Source: a virus (lineage: Duplodnaviria > Caudoviricetes). From it: a stretch of DNA of 64,000 bases. Below are positions 10,199 through 19,831 of this stretch, one piece after another (position 1 is the first letter of the stretch; the number at the start of each line of letters is the position of its first letter). The notes under the pieces were generated by a model, which saw only the letters and a program-made list of their open reading frames with translations, ran no database searches and was not told where the DNA came from. The position numbers were made by a program, and so were the translations under genes. The DNA lies in the IMG/VR virus record IMGVR_UViG_3300027838_000002, positions 18,980 to 82,979 of that record, one strand, 5' to 3'.

Positions 10199-10546
10199 TT
10201 ACACGTACGATTCCGCTCCGAACTGGCTGGGCCAACCACGCTCACTCGCTTCCCTGAAAGCCTCGATGAAGTTCTCTGATGTAAGCCCCTCAGTTGGAGC
10301 GACCTCAGTCTCTTCAAAATCCTCGACGTCGAGTTCACACCAACAATGGTCCGCCGCAGGGTGCGGGAAATTACTTTGATCCGCCCCCGGATGACCCAGG
10401 CTTACATCAGCAGGACAAAAGTAGGCTTCATCATCCAGGTAATCAGCGATATCTTCGAAGCTGACGTCTCCTTCGACGACTACTTCGGCGTACGATTTCC
10501 AGTTATCCGCATCTCTGTACATGTATGAGACATTGGTGTTAGACAT
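10199..10546 (-). CDS. Hypothetical phage protein
   Basis: Acidic 115-aa ORF with YMYRDADNWK and DHCWCE motifs. Confidence 0.65.
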   Translation of the reverse strand: MSNTNVSYMYRDADNWKSYAEVVVEGDVSFEDIADYLDDEAYFCPADVSLGHPGADQSNFPHPAADHCWCELDVEDFEETEVAPTEGLTSENFIEAFREASERGWPSQFGAESYV

Positions 10547-12062
10547 CTGCTACCTCCTGCGCCGAAAGCTTAATCTGCACCCATCCCTTCTTGGCATAGT
10601 TGCGATAACGCTTCTGGCTCTTGTTCTTGAGCGTACGATCAAAGTTATCCATGCAGTCGACTACTATGCCTTTCTGCTTACCTGACTCCTCGTGAATACG
10701 CGCCACACGTCCCGGCGCTTGGGTATCAAGGATTTCACTACCCCGGGCGTCCGCCCTAACCAGCACAGCCAACTGCTCAAAACTCACGCCAGTCGACCAC
10801 ACATCCGTAGCAATCACTTTCTTATACAGCTTGTCTTCGAACCCCATTCGAAGCTCTTCTCGTCGATCAGGGGTGACAGGCTCGTAATCCTCTGGAAGCA
10901 TTCCGTTACGTTGGTAGCGCTCGATATCTTCTGCTTCGATGCTGGCGTAGCAAAGCTCATACTCCGGCAGCTCCTGCCAGAGATAGATCGCATGCTCTAT
11001 GGTTTCCACCAATATCAGCACTTGGTCGTCATCAGCGTAGGAGCGTACGGCGGAGGCGATTAACGCATTCCGATTCGCGTTTCTCCATATCCCATGACGC
11101 TTTTTAGGCACTCCCTCCATTCCGGCGCACGGTGATGCACCCTGAACCGGCAGCCAGATGACTTGGATGGGAACGACAAGACCAAGCTCAGTAGCTTCAG
11201 CCCACGACATCTCAAAGATTTTCGGTCCGAACAGGTATTCCAGCTTGGCATCAGATCCGTCTGCACGGCCTTCGGGCGTAGCTGTCAGGCCGTAATTTCT
11301 GCTCAGCGTATACATCTTAGAGATGGCTGCAGAGTGTTTCGGGCTCATCAGCTCATGGACCTCGTCCGCCAGCAGGATGTCACAATCACCGCTGCTGTGG
11401 TGTAACGAGTCCGCCGTGAACACGGTAACACGTGCCTCTTCCCGTTTGCCGCCGCCGACTTGCCCGACGCTGGGAAGAAACCGCCTCAACGCCCGCACGG
11501 TACGCTGAACGACATCCTTCCGCCTGGTCACGATATGAATCTTGGCCTTCGGGAAAAGCAGGCCCACCATCGCCATCAGGTGAGATTTACCGAACGCCGG
11601 TGGGGCGTCGATGATCCCATATTCGTTCTCCACTATAGCTCGCAAGCACTCTTCCTGGCGTGCACGGAACTCGATGTTCCTGCGTACGTTGTCCCAGTCT
11701 TCCTCGAACGCGTTTACGCGAGGGCTTGGGGGCGTGTAGTCGACAAAATCGATGGTGTACCCGGCCGCGCCCAAGATCGACTGAATTTTCTGCAAGTAGC
11801 CGCAGCAGGTAACGATCTTGTTGTCACGGATACGATACAACTTCGTACGCGTTTGCTTCGTCGTATGACGCTGCCCTGTAACCTCGTCACGTTGTGCGTA
11901 TCCGTACAGGAACTGTACGTACGTATACGTCATCGCTGGACGTAGCAGCGAAAAAACGTGCGATTCCTCGACGGCGCTTCCGTCGGAGTACGACACCTCT
12001 AGCATTGTGCCGTACTTGCGAACCAGTACATCTTGTGTCACGGCATTTAAACTCCACCCCAT
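10539..12062 (-). CDS. Superfamily 2 helicase (UvsW-like)
   Basis: RARQ Q-motif, APPAFGKS, DEVH, TAT, STGVS, QAPGRVAR. Confidence 0.88.
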   Translation of the reverse strand: MGWSLNAVTQDVLVRKYGTMLEVSYSDGSAVEESHVFSLLRPAMTYTYVQFLYGYAQRDEVTGQRHTTKQTRTKLYRIRDNKIVTCCGYLQKIQSILGAAGYTIDFVDYTPPSPRVNAFEEDWDNVRRNIEFRARQEECLRAIVENEYGIIDAPPAFGKSHLMAMVGLLFPKAKIHIVTRRKDVVQRTVRALRRFLPSVGQVGGGKREEARVTVFTADSLHHSSGDCDILLADEVHELMSPKHSAAISKMYTLSRNYGLTATPEGRADGSDAKLEYLFGPKIFEMSWAEATELGLVVPIQVIWLPVQGASPCAGMEGVPKKRHGIWRNANRNALIASAVRSYADDDQVLILVETIEHAIYLWQELPEYELCYASIEAEDIERYQRNGMLPEDYEPVTPDRREELRMGFEDKLYKKVIATDVWSTGVSFEQLAVLVRADARGSEILDTQAPGRVARIHEESGKQKGIVVDCMDNFDRTLKNKSQKRYRNYAKKGWVQIKLSAQEVADV

Positions 12063-12088
12063 ATTGTGCTTACTGGGGTGGAATTGAC

Positions 12089-12117
12089 TTGCCAGGCTCG
12101 CAAATAGCGCTTACAGT
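12089..12117 (+). promoter_or_regulatory. Putative sigma70 promoter driving an antisense small RNA
   Basis: TTGCCA-17 bp-TACAGT. Confidence 0.45.
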
Positions 12118-12122
12118 AAGCG

Positions 12123-12207
12123 TGTGCCTGCACAACCGTCCTCCCAGTGGCAAAATGTAGGGACAACCGAAAGCCTGCCGTTTACCCACGGCAGGCTTTC
12201 TCTTTTA
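12123..12207 (+). ncRNA. Candidate ~85-nt small RNA
   Basis: Lies between the promoter and a plus-strand terminator; no ORF; two ACAACCG copies flank a hairpin. Confidence 0.4.
12169..12207 (+). terminator. Rho-independent terminator (plus strand)
   Basis: GAAAGCCTGCCG/CGGCAGGCTTTC stem followed by TCTTTT. Confidence 0.7.
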
Positions 12208-12219
12208 CATCTACGTATT

Positions 12220-12741
12220 TTACGTCGACTCGACTGGTGACTTACGCACAGTCGTTGGATCTATTGACCGCCTACGCGGCCGAACCTCTTCCACGCGAAA
12301 CGTACCGTAGCCCTCGTCCGGCTTGAACGACGAGATACCCTTGTACGTCCCCGCGACATCCATCAGCTGCCACAAGTCATCCATACTCAACCCATCAGGG
12401 AGCACGCAGTTCACCCCGATGGTGTCGCCAGATAAAAACGCCTCATGGAGGGCGTATCTGGGACGCGCCTCCGGCTTATTTTCCGGCGCCGGGAAATACC
12501 GACGCCATTTTTTAGGGACACCGTCGACGACGGGATCCCATCGAATCCTCTTCACAGCAGACTGGTGACGGCTCAAAACCTTGGCCGCGTATCGTATGAT
12601 ACCCGCCCACCAGGTTGGCAGAAACAGCACTCTGCCCTCGGGGTCGCGCCGCATTGCGAGAATGTGGTTCTTCCCATCAGCCCGTTTGACATCACCCGGG
12701 CAAGGCTGGTTGAACTGAATTCTCACCGTCACTTCTTGCAT
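12220..12741 (-). CDS. Stand-alone RAMP-superfamily (Cas7/Csm3-like) protein
   Basis: N-terminal beta-strand VTVRIQFNQP; RRDPEGRVLFLPTWWAGIIRYAA (cf. RD..G.P.IPGSS.KG.IR); EAFLSGDTI; C-terminal Gly-rich loop GTYKGISSFKPDEGYGTFRV. Confidence 0.6.
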   Translation of the reverse strand: MQEVTVRIQFNQPCPGDVKRADGKNHILAMRRDPEGRVLFLPTWWAGIIRYAAKVLSRHQSAVKRIRWDPVVDGVPKKWRRYFPAPENKPEARPRYALHEAFLSGDTIGVNCVLPDGLSMDDLWQLMDVAGTYKGISSFKPDEGYGTFRVEEVRPRRRSIDPTTVRKSPVEST

Positions 12742-12798
12742 CCCACCGACCCCTTGCGGGTACGAAGCATCCTACCGGTCATCCAAACGAATGTCGAG

Positions 12799-13740
12799 TC
12801 AGTGCTTCTCGGAAAGCATGTGTTTCTTGAAAGCACCAATCTCGGACTCAGACTTGAAGAAATACTCGGGGACAAAAAGACCGTCACCCCCGTGATACAG
12901 CGAGTCCAACCACGTGTGCCGCAAAAATCGCAGAAAGGTCTGCGCGGCACGTAATTGCCCCTTTATCGGATCGGTCGTGGCATGTTTTGCCCATACGCGA
13001 TACACGAAATTGCCCGGCGCCTGCAAACTAGGGTCTGACTGCATCACCGACTCCATGCAACGGTGCCAGCAATCCATCACAATACGACAGCGCGGATTAA
13101 ACTGACGCGACTTATAGGAATGCGCTGCGCCCGAATATGCCATCCGCACATTGTGCACTGTCAATCCGAGGTATGCTTCCAATCGAGCTGTGCGCTCCGG
13201 ATGATGCTGATCGATGTACCAGCGCGGATCACGAATAACAGCAATGAGACGAGCACACGCATGCTGCTCGCTCGACGCAAACGATAGCGCTGGCCAGACA
13301 GGGTGATTATGCAAAATTTGCAAAGATTGGTCTGAGACCTCTCCTCGCCGCTCCTGCACGGCCAACATGTAGGACGGATAGTCATGCGCGCCGAACTGGT
13401 GCCACCCACCCAGGCTAGACGCAAGCATGAAACGCCGAGATCTCACGAGCACAACTTCCGGGTCAGCGCGCTCCGATGCTGAATGACACAGCAGCGGGGT
13501 ACATATATACAACCGAAAGTTGGGGTCGTGGTGCTTCTTCAGATAAACCTCAAGGATTAACTCGGTGTTATCTGGGGTCGCCACGACATGGAACAAGGAA
13601 GACTGCTGGATGCGCGGTGACTGCATAAATTCACGCAGATCACTACCACTACACACCGGCAACTCTTGCCCATCCAGATACCATATGATCCCATCCGTAT
13701 CTGAATGCAATTTAAGGCTGACGTCTAGCGGATTATGCAC
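12799..13740 (-). CDS. Divergent IS110/Nop-domain-like protein
   Basis: HPVWPALSF..ACARLIAVIRDPRWY..TARLEAYLGL resembles the IS110/Nop HhH segment (A.LIAEIGD..RF....L.AY.GL); C-terminal helix RAAQTFLRFLRHTW. Confidence 0.5.
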   Translation of the reverse strand: MHNPLDVSLKLHSDTDGIIWYLDGQELPVCSGSDLREFMQSPRIQQSSLFHVVATPDNTELILEVYLKKHHDPNFRLYICTPLLCHSASERADPEVVLVRSRRFMLASSLGGWHQFGAHDYPSYMLAVQERRGEVSDQSLQILHNHPVWPALSFASSEQHACARLIAVIRDPRWYIDQHHPERTARLEAYLGLTVHNVRMAYSGAAHSYKSRQFNPRCRIVMDCWHRCMESVMQSDPSLQAPGNFVYRVWAKHATTDPIKGQLRAAQTFLRFLRHTWLDSLYHGGDGLFVPEYFFKSESEIGAFKKHMLSEKH

Positions 13741-13751
13741 CAGTTAGTCCC

Positions 13752-15932
13752 CTACAGTTGCACTACGTTATCAAATAGATGGCCTAGTGAATTTTCATGC
13801 GTAATCAGTACACACTGCAAACCACGTGACCCTGACAAATCTCGTAGCTTGCCCAACGCAACCGACAAGCAACCAAGATTGTCGTCGTCCAGGTAAGCCG
13901 TCGGCTCATCCAGACACAACAAGCTGAGATCGTTTGCAAACATCGAATTCACTGCGATCCGGAACGCCAACGCCAACACGACCTTTTGACCGCCCGACAG
14001 ACGCGTCGCCGGTTGAATTCGCCCATCCTCAAACAGAACTTCAAAGCCCATGCCCTCGATAGCGCGAATTTGGTAATCGGTATCAAATAGGGTAAGCAAT
14101 TCGTTGGTATCTGTCTCCAGCAATTCCAGGTAGTTCTGCGCGACGATTCGCGGCAGATTGTCCCGGTGTAGCAGCGTACGCACGGATTCCAGGTGTGTGT
14201 AGAACACGTCCTCATGCGCCAGGCTCGCAGCCGCCTCCTGGGCCTGGGTTAACTGGCTTCGACGACGAGTCACAACCTCGGTGGCGATGGCGGCGTTGTT
14301 GGCCGCCTCGATGCGTCGGTAGTGCTGGCTACGATTATGCGCACATCGCTCCTCTGCCTCCTGGACCTCGTCTTGCGTCATCCGCGCGTGCTCATCACGC
14401 TTACGGGTAATTGCCTCGATCTCGATGAGAAGATCTTCCATTATGCGCTGGGTGTAACCCCTGACTCCAACAGCCTTATCATATTCTCCGGTAAAACTGG
14501 CTGCCAGGATAACCTGCTGATCGTACTCGTCGACGAAAGTCATATTCTCGGATATCTTGTGATGATCGAGGAGTTCGCCGCCTGGCTCAGGTAGCTGGCC
14601 ATACTCTTCCTGATCCCGGTTTGTGGCCTTCTCCCACGAACTTCTCCAGCCGTTCCAACGCACCAGCGCCAGCCTATGCTCGGTGGCGTCGTCAATCTTC
14701 TTCTCGAAATCGGCTAGCTCATTAGATATTTCACCGAGGCGTGTACGTAACTCATCCGCATCCACGTCGATATCGTCCACGTGCGTGCCGCACGTAGGGC
14801 ATTCAGCCTTGTGATGCGCGGACTCCGGGTCAGCGAAATACGCCAGAAGATGATCACACTTTCGCTGCTCTATCTTAAGTTCGTCGATGACAGACAGCGC
14901 ATCAGGGGAAGACAGCTCATCAAGTGGCACCCAGCCTTCAGGAGGAGTCGGCTCAGGGTTAGCTTCCTCTTCCAGGCAGGCAGTATTTATACGCTGCTGA
15001 AGACGCTGCCGTTTATCGTGCTCTGCCCGCAACGACGTCTGCGCGGCCAATACCTCTTTTGTTTCCTCGCACGTCTTTCTGCCCTCATCCACAAGACAGA
15101 CGTAATTATCACGATCTTGCCGCGCACGCGCACAAACTTCCGCCAACCCCAGCAACTCCACTTCGTAACCCTGCAGTTTCTCGTGTTTCCCACCAGCTTC
15201 AACGTCATAACGCGTCCACTGATTGTGTGACGTAATGCGTATCCGGTCAGGATCCTCAGCATCAATGTAGTCACCGGAAATGCCAGGAAATTGGGTTGCC
15301 AGTATGATGTCGCAATTGCCCAGATCACGCTCAGACTCCGCTAGCTCGGACTGTAGGTGGTCCAAGTTAGGAAGAAGCACATGCGATCTGCGTTGCTCGA
15401 TCAAGAACGAGCCCACCGCCTCCCAGCACTTCTCTGCCTGCGAGACGCCGAAAAGCTTTTGAAATGACCGCGCACGCTCTGCAGGCTTTGCGGCCAGGGG
15501 AGCAAATATCTCACCCTGTTCCACAAAGACGTACTGATTGAGCATCTGCGTCGACACGCCGAGCAAGTCGGCAACAGCAGCACTCGCTGCTTTGTCGCCG
15601 CGAATCTTGTCGGCGTGGGAGTAGCTATGGTCAAGCTGAAAATACGACTGCTTGCCACGGAGACCACGTTGAACCGTGGCTGTAGTACCGTTGTGCTCAA
15701 ACTTCAGCTTGACGTAAGACGGCTCATCGTCATCAGCAAACTGGCAGATGTTCTCGACCTTCTTACCATTGGTACGACTGAAGTCACCGGTTAACGCGCC
15801 AAGCGCAGACACCAACAGGTTTGATTTTCCAGAACCGTTATGCCCAAGAAAGGCGTTGAGCCGGTTATGAAATTCAACCTCCTTGTGCCTGTGCTGACAA
15901 AAGTTGTGAACCTCCAGGCTCAGCAATTTCAT
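13752..15932 (-). CDS. SbcC/Rad50-like (gp46-like) ATPase
   Basis: GHNGSGKS, Q-loop VEQG, Zn hook CPTCG, LSGGQ, LDEPT, ITH; long coiled coil. Confidence 0.92.
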   Translation of the reverse strand: MKLLSLEVHNFCQHRHKEVEFHNRLNAFLGHNGSGKSNLLVSALGALTGDFSRTNGKKVENICQFADDDEPSYVKLKFEHNGTTATVQRGLRGKQSYFQLDHSYSHADKIRGDKAASAAVADLLGVSTQMLNQYVFVEQGEIFAPLAAKPAERARSFQKLFGVSQAEKCWEAVGSFLIEQRRSHVLLPNLDHLQSELAESERDLGNCDIILATQFPGISGDYIDAEDPDRIRITSHNQWTRYDVEAGGKHEKLQGYEVELLGLAEVCARARQDRDNYVCLVDEGRKTCEETKEVLAAQTSLRAEHDKRQRLQQRINTACLEEEANPEPTPPEGWVPLDELSSPDALSVIDELKIEQRKCDHLLAYFADPESAHHKAECPTCGTHVDDIDVDADELRTRLGEISNELADFEKKIDDATEHRLALVRWNGWRSSWEKATNRDQEEYGQLPEPGGELLDHHKISENMTFVDEYDQQVILAASFTGEYDKAVGVRGYTQRIMEDLLIEIEAITRKRDEHARMTQDEVQEAEERCAHNRSQHYRRIEAANNAAIATEVVTRRRSQLTQAQEAAASLAHEDVFYTHLESVRTLLHRDNLPRIVAQNYLELLETDTNELLTLFDTDYQIRAIEGMGFEVLFEDGRIQPATRLSGGQKVVLALAFRIAVNSMFANDLSLLCLDEPTAYLDDDNLGCLSVALGKLRDLSGSRGLQCVLITHENSLGHLFDNVVQL

Positions 15933-16414
15933 GCGCTGTTACCTCCCAAGTTCATGGCCCTCCCATACGATTTACCATGAGCACCAACTCCAACAGTTGC
16001 TGGCATGACAGTGTGCTCCAGATTGTACATCACATAGCAGTAATTTCTGAGAAACACCTCGCGATCGTAATCGCTAGTCATCATCAGGATTAATTTCTCC
16101 GCCGTGATCAGGGTCACGCGTGCATAGTACAACCCGTCGTAATACACATGAGAATTACGAATAGGAATAGACGCGGCTACCGGTCGATCCATACTTAACA
16201 CTGACCGTAAATCTTCTGCGCTCAATGCACGCGCCAGATAGACTTTCTCACTCGTTGTAAACTTCTCTCTGTAAGAGAGACTTGCCACCAGCGACCCTGT
16301 TTCAAAGCTGATTTCTCCCCAGGGACCAAGTACGATACCAGTATTATCAAGAGTATGATCGTCATCCGAGTCAGTCGGACGCTGTTTGGGTTTCCTCAGC
16401 AGCAGGTACTGCAT
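15929..16414 (-). CDS. Hypothetical protein
   Basis: 161-aa ORF coupled between the sbcD- and sbcC-like genes. Confidence 0.55.
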   Translation of the reverse strand: MQYLLLRKPKQRPTDSDDDHTLDNTGIVLGPWGEISFETGSLVASLSYREKFTTSEKVYLARALSAEDLRSVLSMDRPVAASIPIRNSHVYYDGLYYARVTLITAEKLILMMTSDYDREVFLRNYCYVMYNLEHTVMPATVGVGAHGKSYGRAMNLGGNSA

Positions 16415-17558
16415 TCATATGTTCCCTACGCATTTTGACAAGAAGTTCCCGCAGATCCGTAATACCGGAGCTAGACAGTAGCCGCATCGCTGTCTGGTAT
16501 TCTGCTGAATCAGGGTCCGCCACCAAACCTAGTGCCCCGGCGAGTCCCTGATCAATAACATCACGACGTGCTTGATCTTCAACTTCTGGCGAGTCTTGCT
16601 CAACCGATACCGGGCTCGTAAACAAGTACGCTTGGTCGCCGACCGTGGCGCGAATGCGGTTGTAGACGTCTGGAATAGTGTCCAAGTACGACACTCGGAG
16701 CAACGGCTTCGCGATAACCGCTGGAAGTGAATCCAGACGCTCGCCCTGGTTTACCAGCACGGACAACTCGTGGAGATCATCCTCGTGCTCAATAGCGACC
16801 TCATCGAAATGTCGAGTTTCCAGATTGTGATGCGACATAGAATGGCCTGGCTCGGACGAAATGTCGCCGTCGCGGAAATGGTAGAAGCACTTGTTGGACG
16901 GCTCGGAGATTGACCGCATGCTAATCGAGCCGGGGGAGTACATAGTGAGCTCATCGACATCCGGACCGGCCGGATAACACGCCTCCGTGTGCTCATGGAA
17001 ATCGCCGGTCAACACATGCTTAATCTGCGGCGCACGTACTAACAGCATGCTGAGCTCACACTCAGAGGGTATCCACCCTCCCATGAACTCCGACCAAACC
17101 TGGTGAGCCACCAGCACCGAGGCCTCGTCAGGAATGTTGTCGAAGGCTTCCTCGATGTGTTCTTTGGGCGTCCAATCAAGCCCGTAGAACGTTGCGCCGT
17201 CGATCTCGAACGTCTGCCCATGCACATGCGTGGGCCACGGATGCACACGCATCCACTCAGGTCGCCCATGATCTTCTCCAAGGTTACGTCGCACGCGCTC
17301 GTGCTGGCCCTGGATGAAGTAGACAGGTAGTCCGTCTTCCTGCATCCTGTCCATCTCCCGGCACATCACGTTGACGCTCACGGGATCCGGATCAGGCTTA
17401 TCGAAAAGGTCGCCACCTGCGATCAACGGCAGCTCGTTCTCGATACAGTAATCAACAATCTGCGCCAAACTGTGGTAGGAATCACCAACCATGGTTGGAT
17501 ACTTCACCCACGTCGTGTAGCTCAGATGCCAGTCAGCACTAAAAACGAAACCTGCGAT
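16371..17558 (-). CDS. SbcD/Mre11-like (gp47-like) metallophosphoesterase nuclease
   Basis: FVFSADWHL (upstream of the track start), GGDLFD, QGQHE, AHQ, GDFH, YSPGS; start proposed at ATC 17558. Confidence 0.88.
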   Translation of the reverse strand: MAGFVFSADWHLSYTTWVKYPTMVGDSYHSLAQIVDYCIENELPLIAGGDLFDKPDPDPVSVNVMCREMDRMQEDGLPVYFIQGQHERVRRNLGEDHGRPEWMRVHPWPTHVHGQTFEIDGATFYGLDWTPKEHIEEAFDNIPDEASVLVAHQVWSEFMGGWIPSECELSMLLVRAPQIKHVLTGDFHEHTEACYPAGPDVDELTMYSPGSISMRSISEPSNKCFYHFRDGDISSEPGHSMSHHNLETRHFDEVAIEHEDDLHELSVLVNQGERLDSLPAVIAKPLLRVSYLDTIPDVYNRIRATVGDQAYLFTSPVSVEQDSPEVEDQARRDVIDQGLAGALGLVADPDSAEYQTAMRLLSSSGITDLRELLVKMRREHMNAVPAAEETQTASD

Positions 17559-17561
17559 GGC

Positions 17562-17900
17562 TCAGCCCTCCCCTTTCGGGAACGATTTGATAACCGTATT
17601 CATCATCTCAGTGATGTGTTGTATCAGCTCCGCAGGCGGCTGAGAAAGTGCGTCGCCAAAGCCTCCCCAAGCCTCGCCGCAAATTCGGCAGACTGGTACA
17701 TCATTAATCCGCGAATCGATATCAGCCATGCTACTCCGAAATTCTTCTCCGGCGCCGTTGAGACCCTGCGCCGTATCGTACCTGTCGACAATGTGTGAAT
17801 TCGGAAAAGCCGACTGTAAGCTGAGCGCCAACTGAAGCGCGCAGTGATCTCGCAACGCAGACTTTTCGTAAAGCTCTTTAAAAAACGAAATTTCAGTCAT
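17562..17900 (-). CDS. Hypothetical protein
   Basis: MTEISFFKELY...; in frame with the sbcD-like gene, separated by one TGA. Confidence 0.5.
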   Translation of the reverse strand: MTEISFFKELYEKSALRDHCALQLALSLQSAFPNSHIVDRYDTAQGLNGAGEEFRSSMADIDSRINDVPVCRICGEAWGGFGDALSQPPAELIQHITEMMNTVIKSFPKGEG

Positions 17901-17907
17901 CAAAATC

Positions 17908-17936
17908 TTCCACATTACAGGAGCGTTTGCTACAAT
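17908..17936 (+). promoter_or_regulatory. Extended -10 promoter of csrA copy 1
   Basis: TTCCAC-17 bp-TACAAT with TG extension. Confidence 0.5.
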
Positions 17937-17990
17937 TCGGCCCAACCAGTAAAACGACACGCCCACAAAAGGCTAACCAAGGAGCAGACA

Positions 17991-18185
17991 ATGGGACGAC
18001 TTGTGCTGACTCGTCGACCTAACCAAGCTATTCTGATCGACAACAAGACGACAGTCACTATCATTAGCTGCTCACGGGGCAAAGTACGGCTAGGTATCGA
18101 CGCGCCGCCCAGCGTCCATGTGGTCAGAGACGACGCACACAAAGGTGCCCCTGACCACGAAGACAAATCAGTTAAGCAAGCCTGA
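17991..18185 (+). CDS. csrA: Carbon storage regulator CsrA-like protein
   Basis: LVLTRRPNQAILID...GKVRLGIDAPPSVHVVR; AAGGAG RBS. Confidence 0.88.
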   Translation: MGRLVLTRRPNQAILIDNKTTVTIISCSRGKVRLGIDAPPSVHVVRDDAHKGAPDHEDKSVKQA

Positions 18186-19628
18186 CACCGTTGACGTAGT
18201 GCTGTAATCGTCGAGCTCGTCCACGAGCAACACCTCTCCGTCATGCTGGCGCACGAACTCTGCGCCTGGAATGGCCCCATAAGCATTACTGCTGCCTTTA
18301 ACCAGCGCGTCCGGCTGGATCTCTCGGATCAGAGCCTCGGGCGTGTCTTCGTCGAACCAGGTCACAACGTCGACGAACGGAAGCTGCGCAATCGTTTTTG
18401 CGCGCAGCTCCAGCGACTGAAACGGACGGTCGTCCCCTTTGCCACGCTTGGCGGACGCGTCCGTATTCAGCGCGACTACAAAGTAAGGCCTGTCCAGCAG
18501 TCGGCTAGCCTCACGTAGCAGGTGCATGTGACCCTTGTGCAACAGGTCAAAATGCCCGTTCGTGAACGCGATACTGGCGTCCCTATTACGATGGACAGCC
18601 GCTCTGCGGATAGCTTCGCCTGGCGCACAGATCTTGTCCTCGATCAAACCCGCAGCTAGCTCTTCTTGAGTTACAGGATCCATCCCACGTTTCCTCACGA
18701 AAAGGCCAGCGGCAACATTTGCGTGGTTCACGTCGTCAGTTACTGCGTACGTCGCAGTAACCACATCACCAGCGCCGGAGACATCAACCACAGCTCTCGT
18801 ATCTGCAATAGCAGGGATTTCACCGAACTTATTGATGACGTGCGCCACTCCAGCGGAACCACACGTACAGATAATCTGCTTCCAGTTATAGGCAGACATC
18901 ATCTGTTTGCATGCGTGAAAAATCTCCTGCCGATCGCCATAGAGCTGATACAGCTCAGACTCATTAATCACAACACAATCCGCCCCAATGAATGCCTTGG
19001 CATTCGCGGGCTTTGGCGCTGCGATGATGCGATATTCGTTATTTCTGGCGATAAACTCCGCCGTGGCGGCATGATCTGCGAAGGCACCGCCGTCATAGTC
19101 CACCAGAATCACGGTATCGACGCCTGGCTTACTGTTGCCTTCAGCTCCATACAGATCATCTATGACAGACTGCGCCGCGTTCAACAGTCCGTCCTGTAAC
19201 AACTCTACCTGCTCCGGCAGCTCCCGCTCGCAGTCAAACCGGAACAGGTGCCGCCCGGTAGCAGCCTCAACGTAGCGCGTCTTGGTCGGCACCCTGAACT
19301 GCCTGTTAATACGGACTGGGGCGTACTCCAGACAGAAATCCCGGCCCTGCTGCTTAGCGTAGGCATCAATGCGCTTTTGAGCCTTGAGCGCAACAGCGCC
19401 CACCAAGCTCCCTGTGCCCGTCGGTGCAACCAGGATTGTATTGGCACCCAACATAGCAGCACTCACGGCCACCTGTCCGGCGCCGCCAGGAGTGTATTCA
19501 TCGATATACGCGTCATCTTCGGTACTCCTGCCCACAAGGACGGGCGCTTCAGGGGCAAGACGGCCCACCGTACACTCGACGCGCCGGTCAAGTATCAGAT
19601 CTCCGACCACAAGGATGCTCTTCGGCAC
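18168..19628 (-). CDS. hldE: Bifunctional heptose-7-phosphate kinase / heptose-1-phosphate adenylyltransferase
   Basis: ILVVGDLILD..LAPEAPV, GGAG, DVSGAGD (PfkB kinase); FTNGHFDLLHKGH, ALNTDASAKRGKGDDRP (nucleotidyltransferase). Confidence 0.9.
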   Translation of the reverse strand: MPKSILVVGDLILDRRVECTVGRLAPEAPVLVGRSTEDDAYIDEYTPGGAGQVAVSAAMLGANTILVAPTGTGSLVGAVALKAQKRIDAYAKQQGRDFCLEYAPVRINRQFRVPTKTRYVEAATGRHLFRFDCERELPEQVELLQDGLLNAAQSVIDDLYGAEGNSKPGVDTVILVDYDGGAFADHAATAEFIARNNEYRIIAAPKPANAKAFIGADCVVINESELYQLYGDRQEIFHACKQMMSAYNWKQIICTCGSAGVAHVINKFGEIPAIADTRAVVDVSGAGDVVTATYAVTDDVNHANVAAGLFVRKRGMDPVTQEELAAGLIEDKICAPGEAIRRAAVHRNRDASIAFTNGHFDLLHKGHMHLLREASRLLDRPYFVVALNTDASAKRGKGDDRPFQSLELRAKTIAQLPFVDVVTWFDEDTPEALIREIQPDALVKGSSNAYGAIPGAEFVRQHDGEVLLVDELDDYSTTSTVSGLLN

Positions 19629-19630
19629 AA

Positions 19631-19831
19631 CTACTCCATGTCCGCGTACTGCGCGGATTTGTTTTGGTCCCGCCTACTGGCGCGGGCGTTATCGTCGTTG
19701 CATCTCTTGCAAAGACGATTCCCGCAACTAGTAGAGCAAAACTCTTTCATACACTTCAAACACTGGCGAAACACCCCGTCGCACTCGTCGGAAATCTTCT
19801 TCTTGGAACGCGGCATCCGTGCCTCCCGCAT
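19631..19831 (-). CDS. Small Zn-finger protein
   Basis: RQCLKC..F.S...GNRLCKRC. Confidence 0.6.
   Translation of the reverse strand: MREARMPRSKKKISDECDGVFRQCLKCMKEFCSTSCGNRLCKRCNDDNARASRRDQNKSAQYADME

Noticed and set aside
9453-10379. 308-aa plus-strand ORF and other long antisense ORFs
   Set aside because: Shadow frames of coherent minus-strand genes, with no motifs or RBS
12062-12800. Short-period repeat or CRISPR-like array next to the RAMP gene
   Set aside because: None visible on either strand; only the twin ACAACCG boxes
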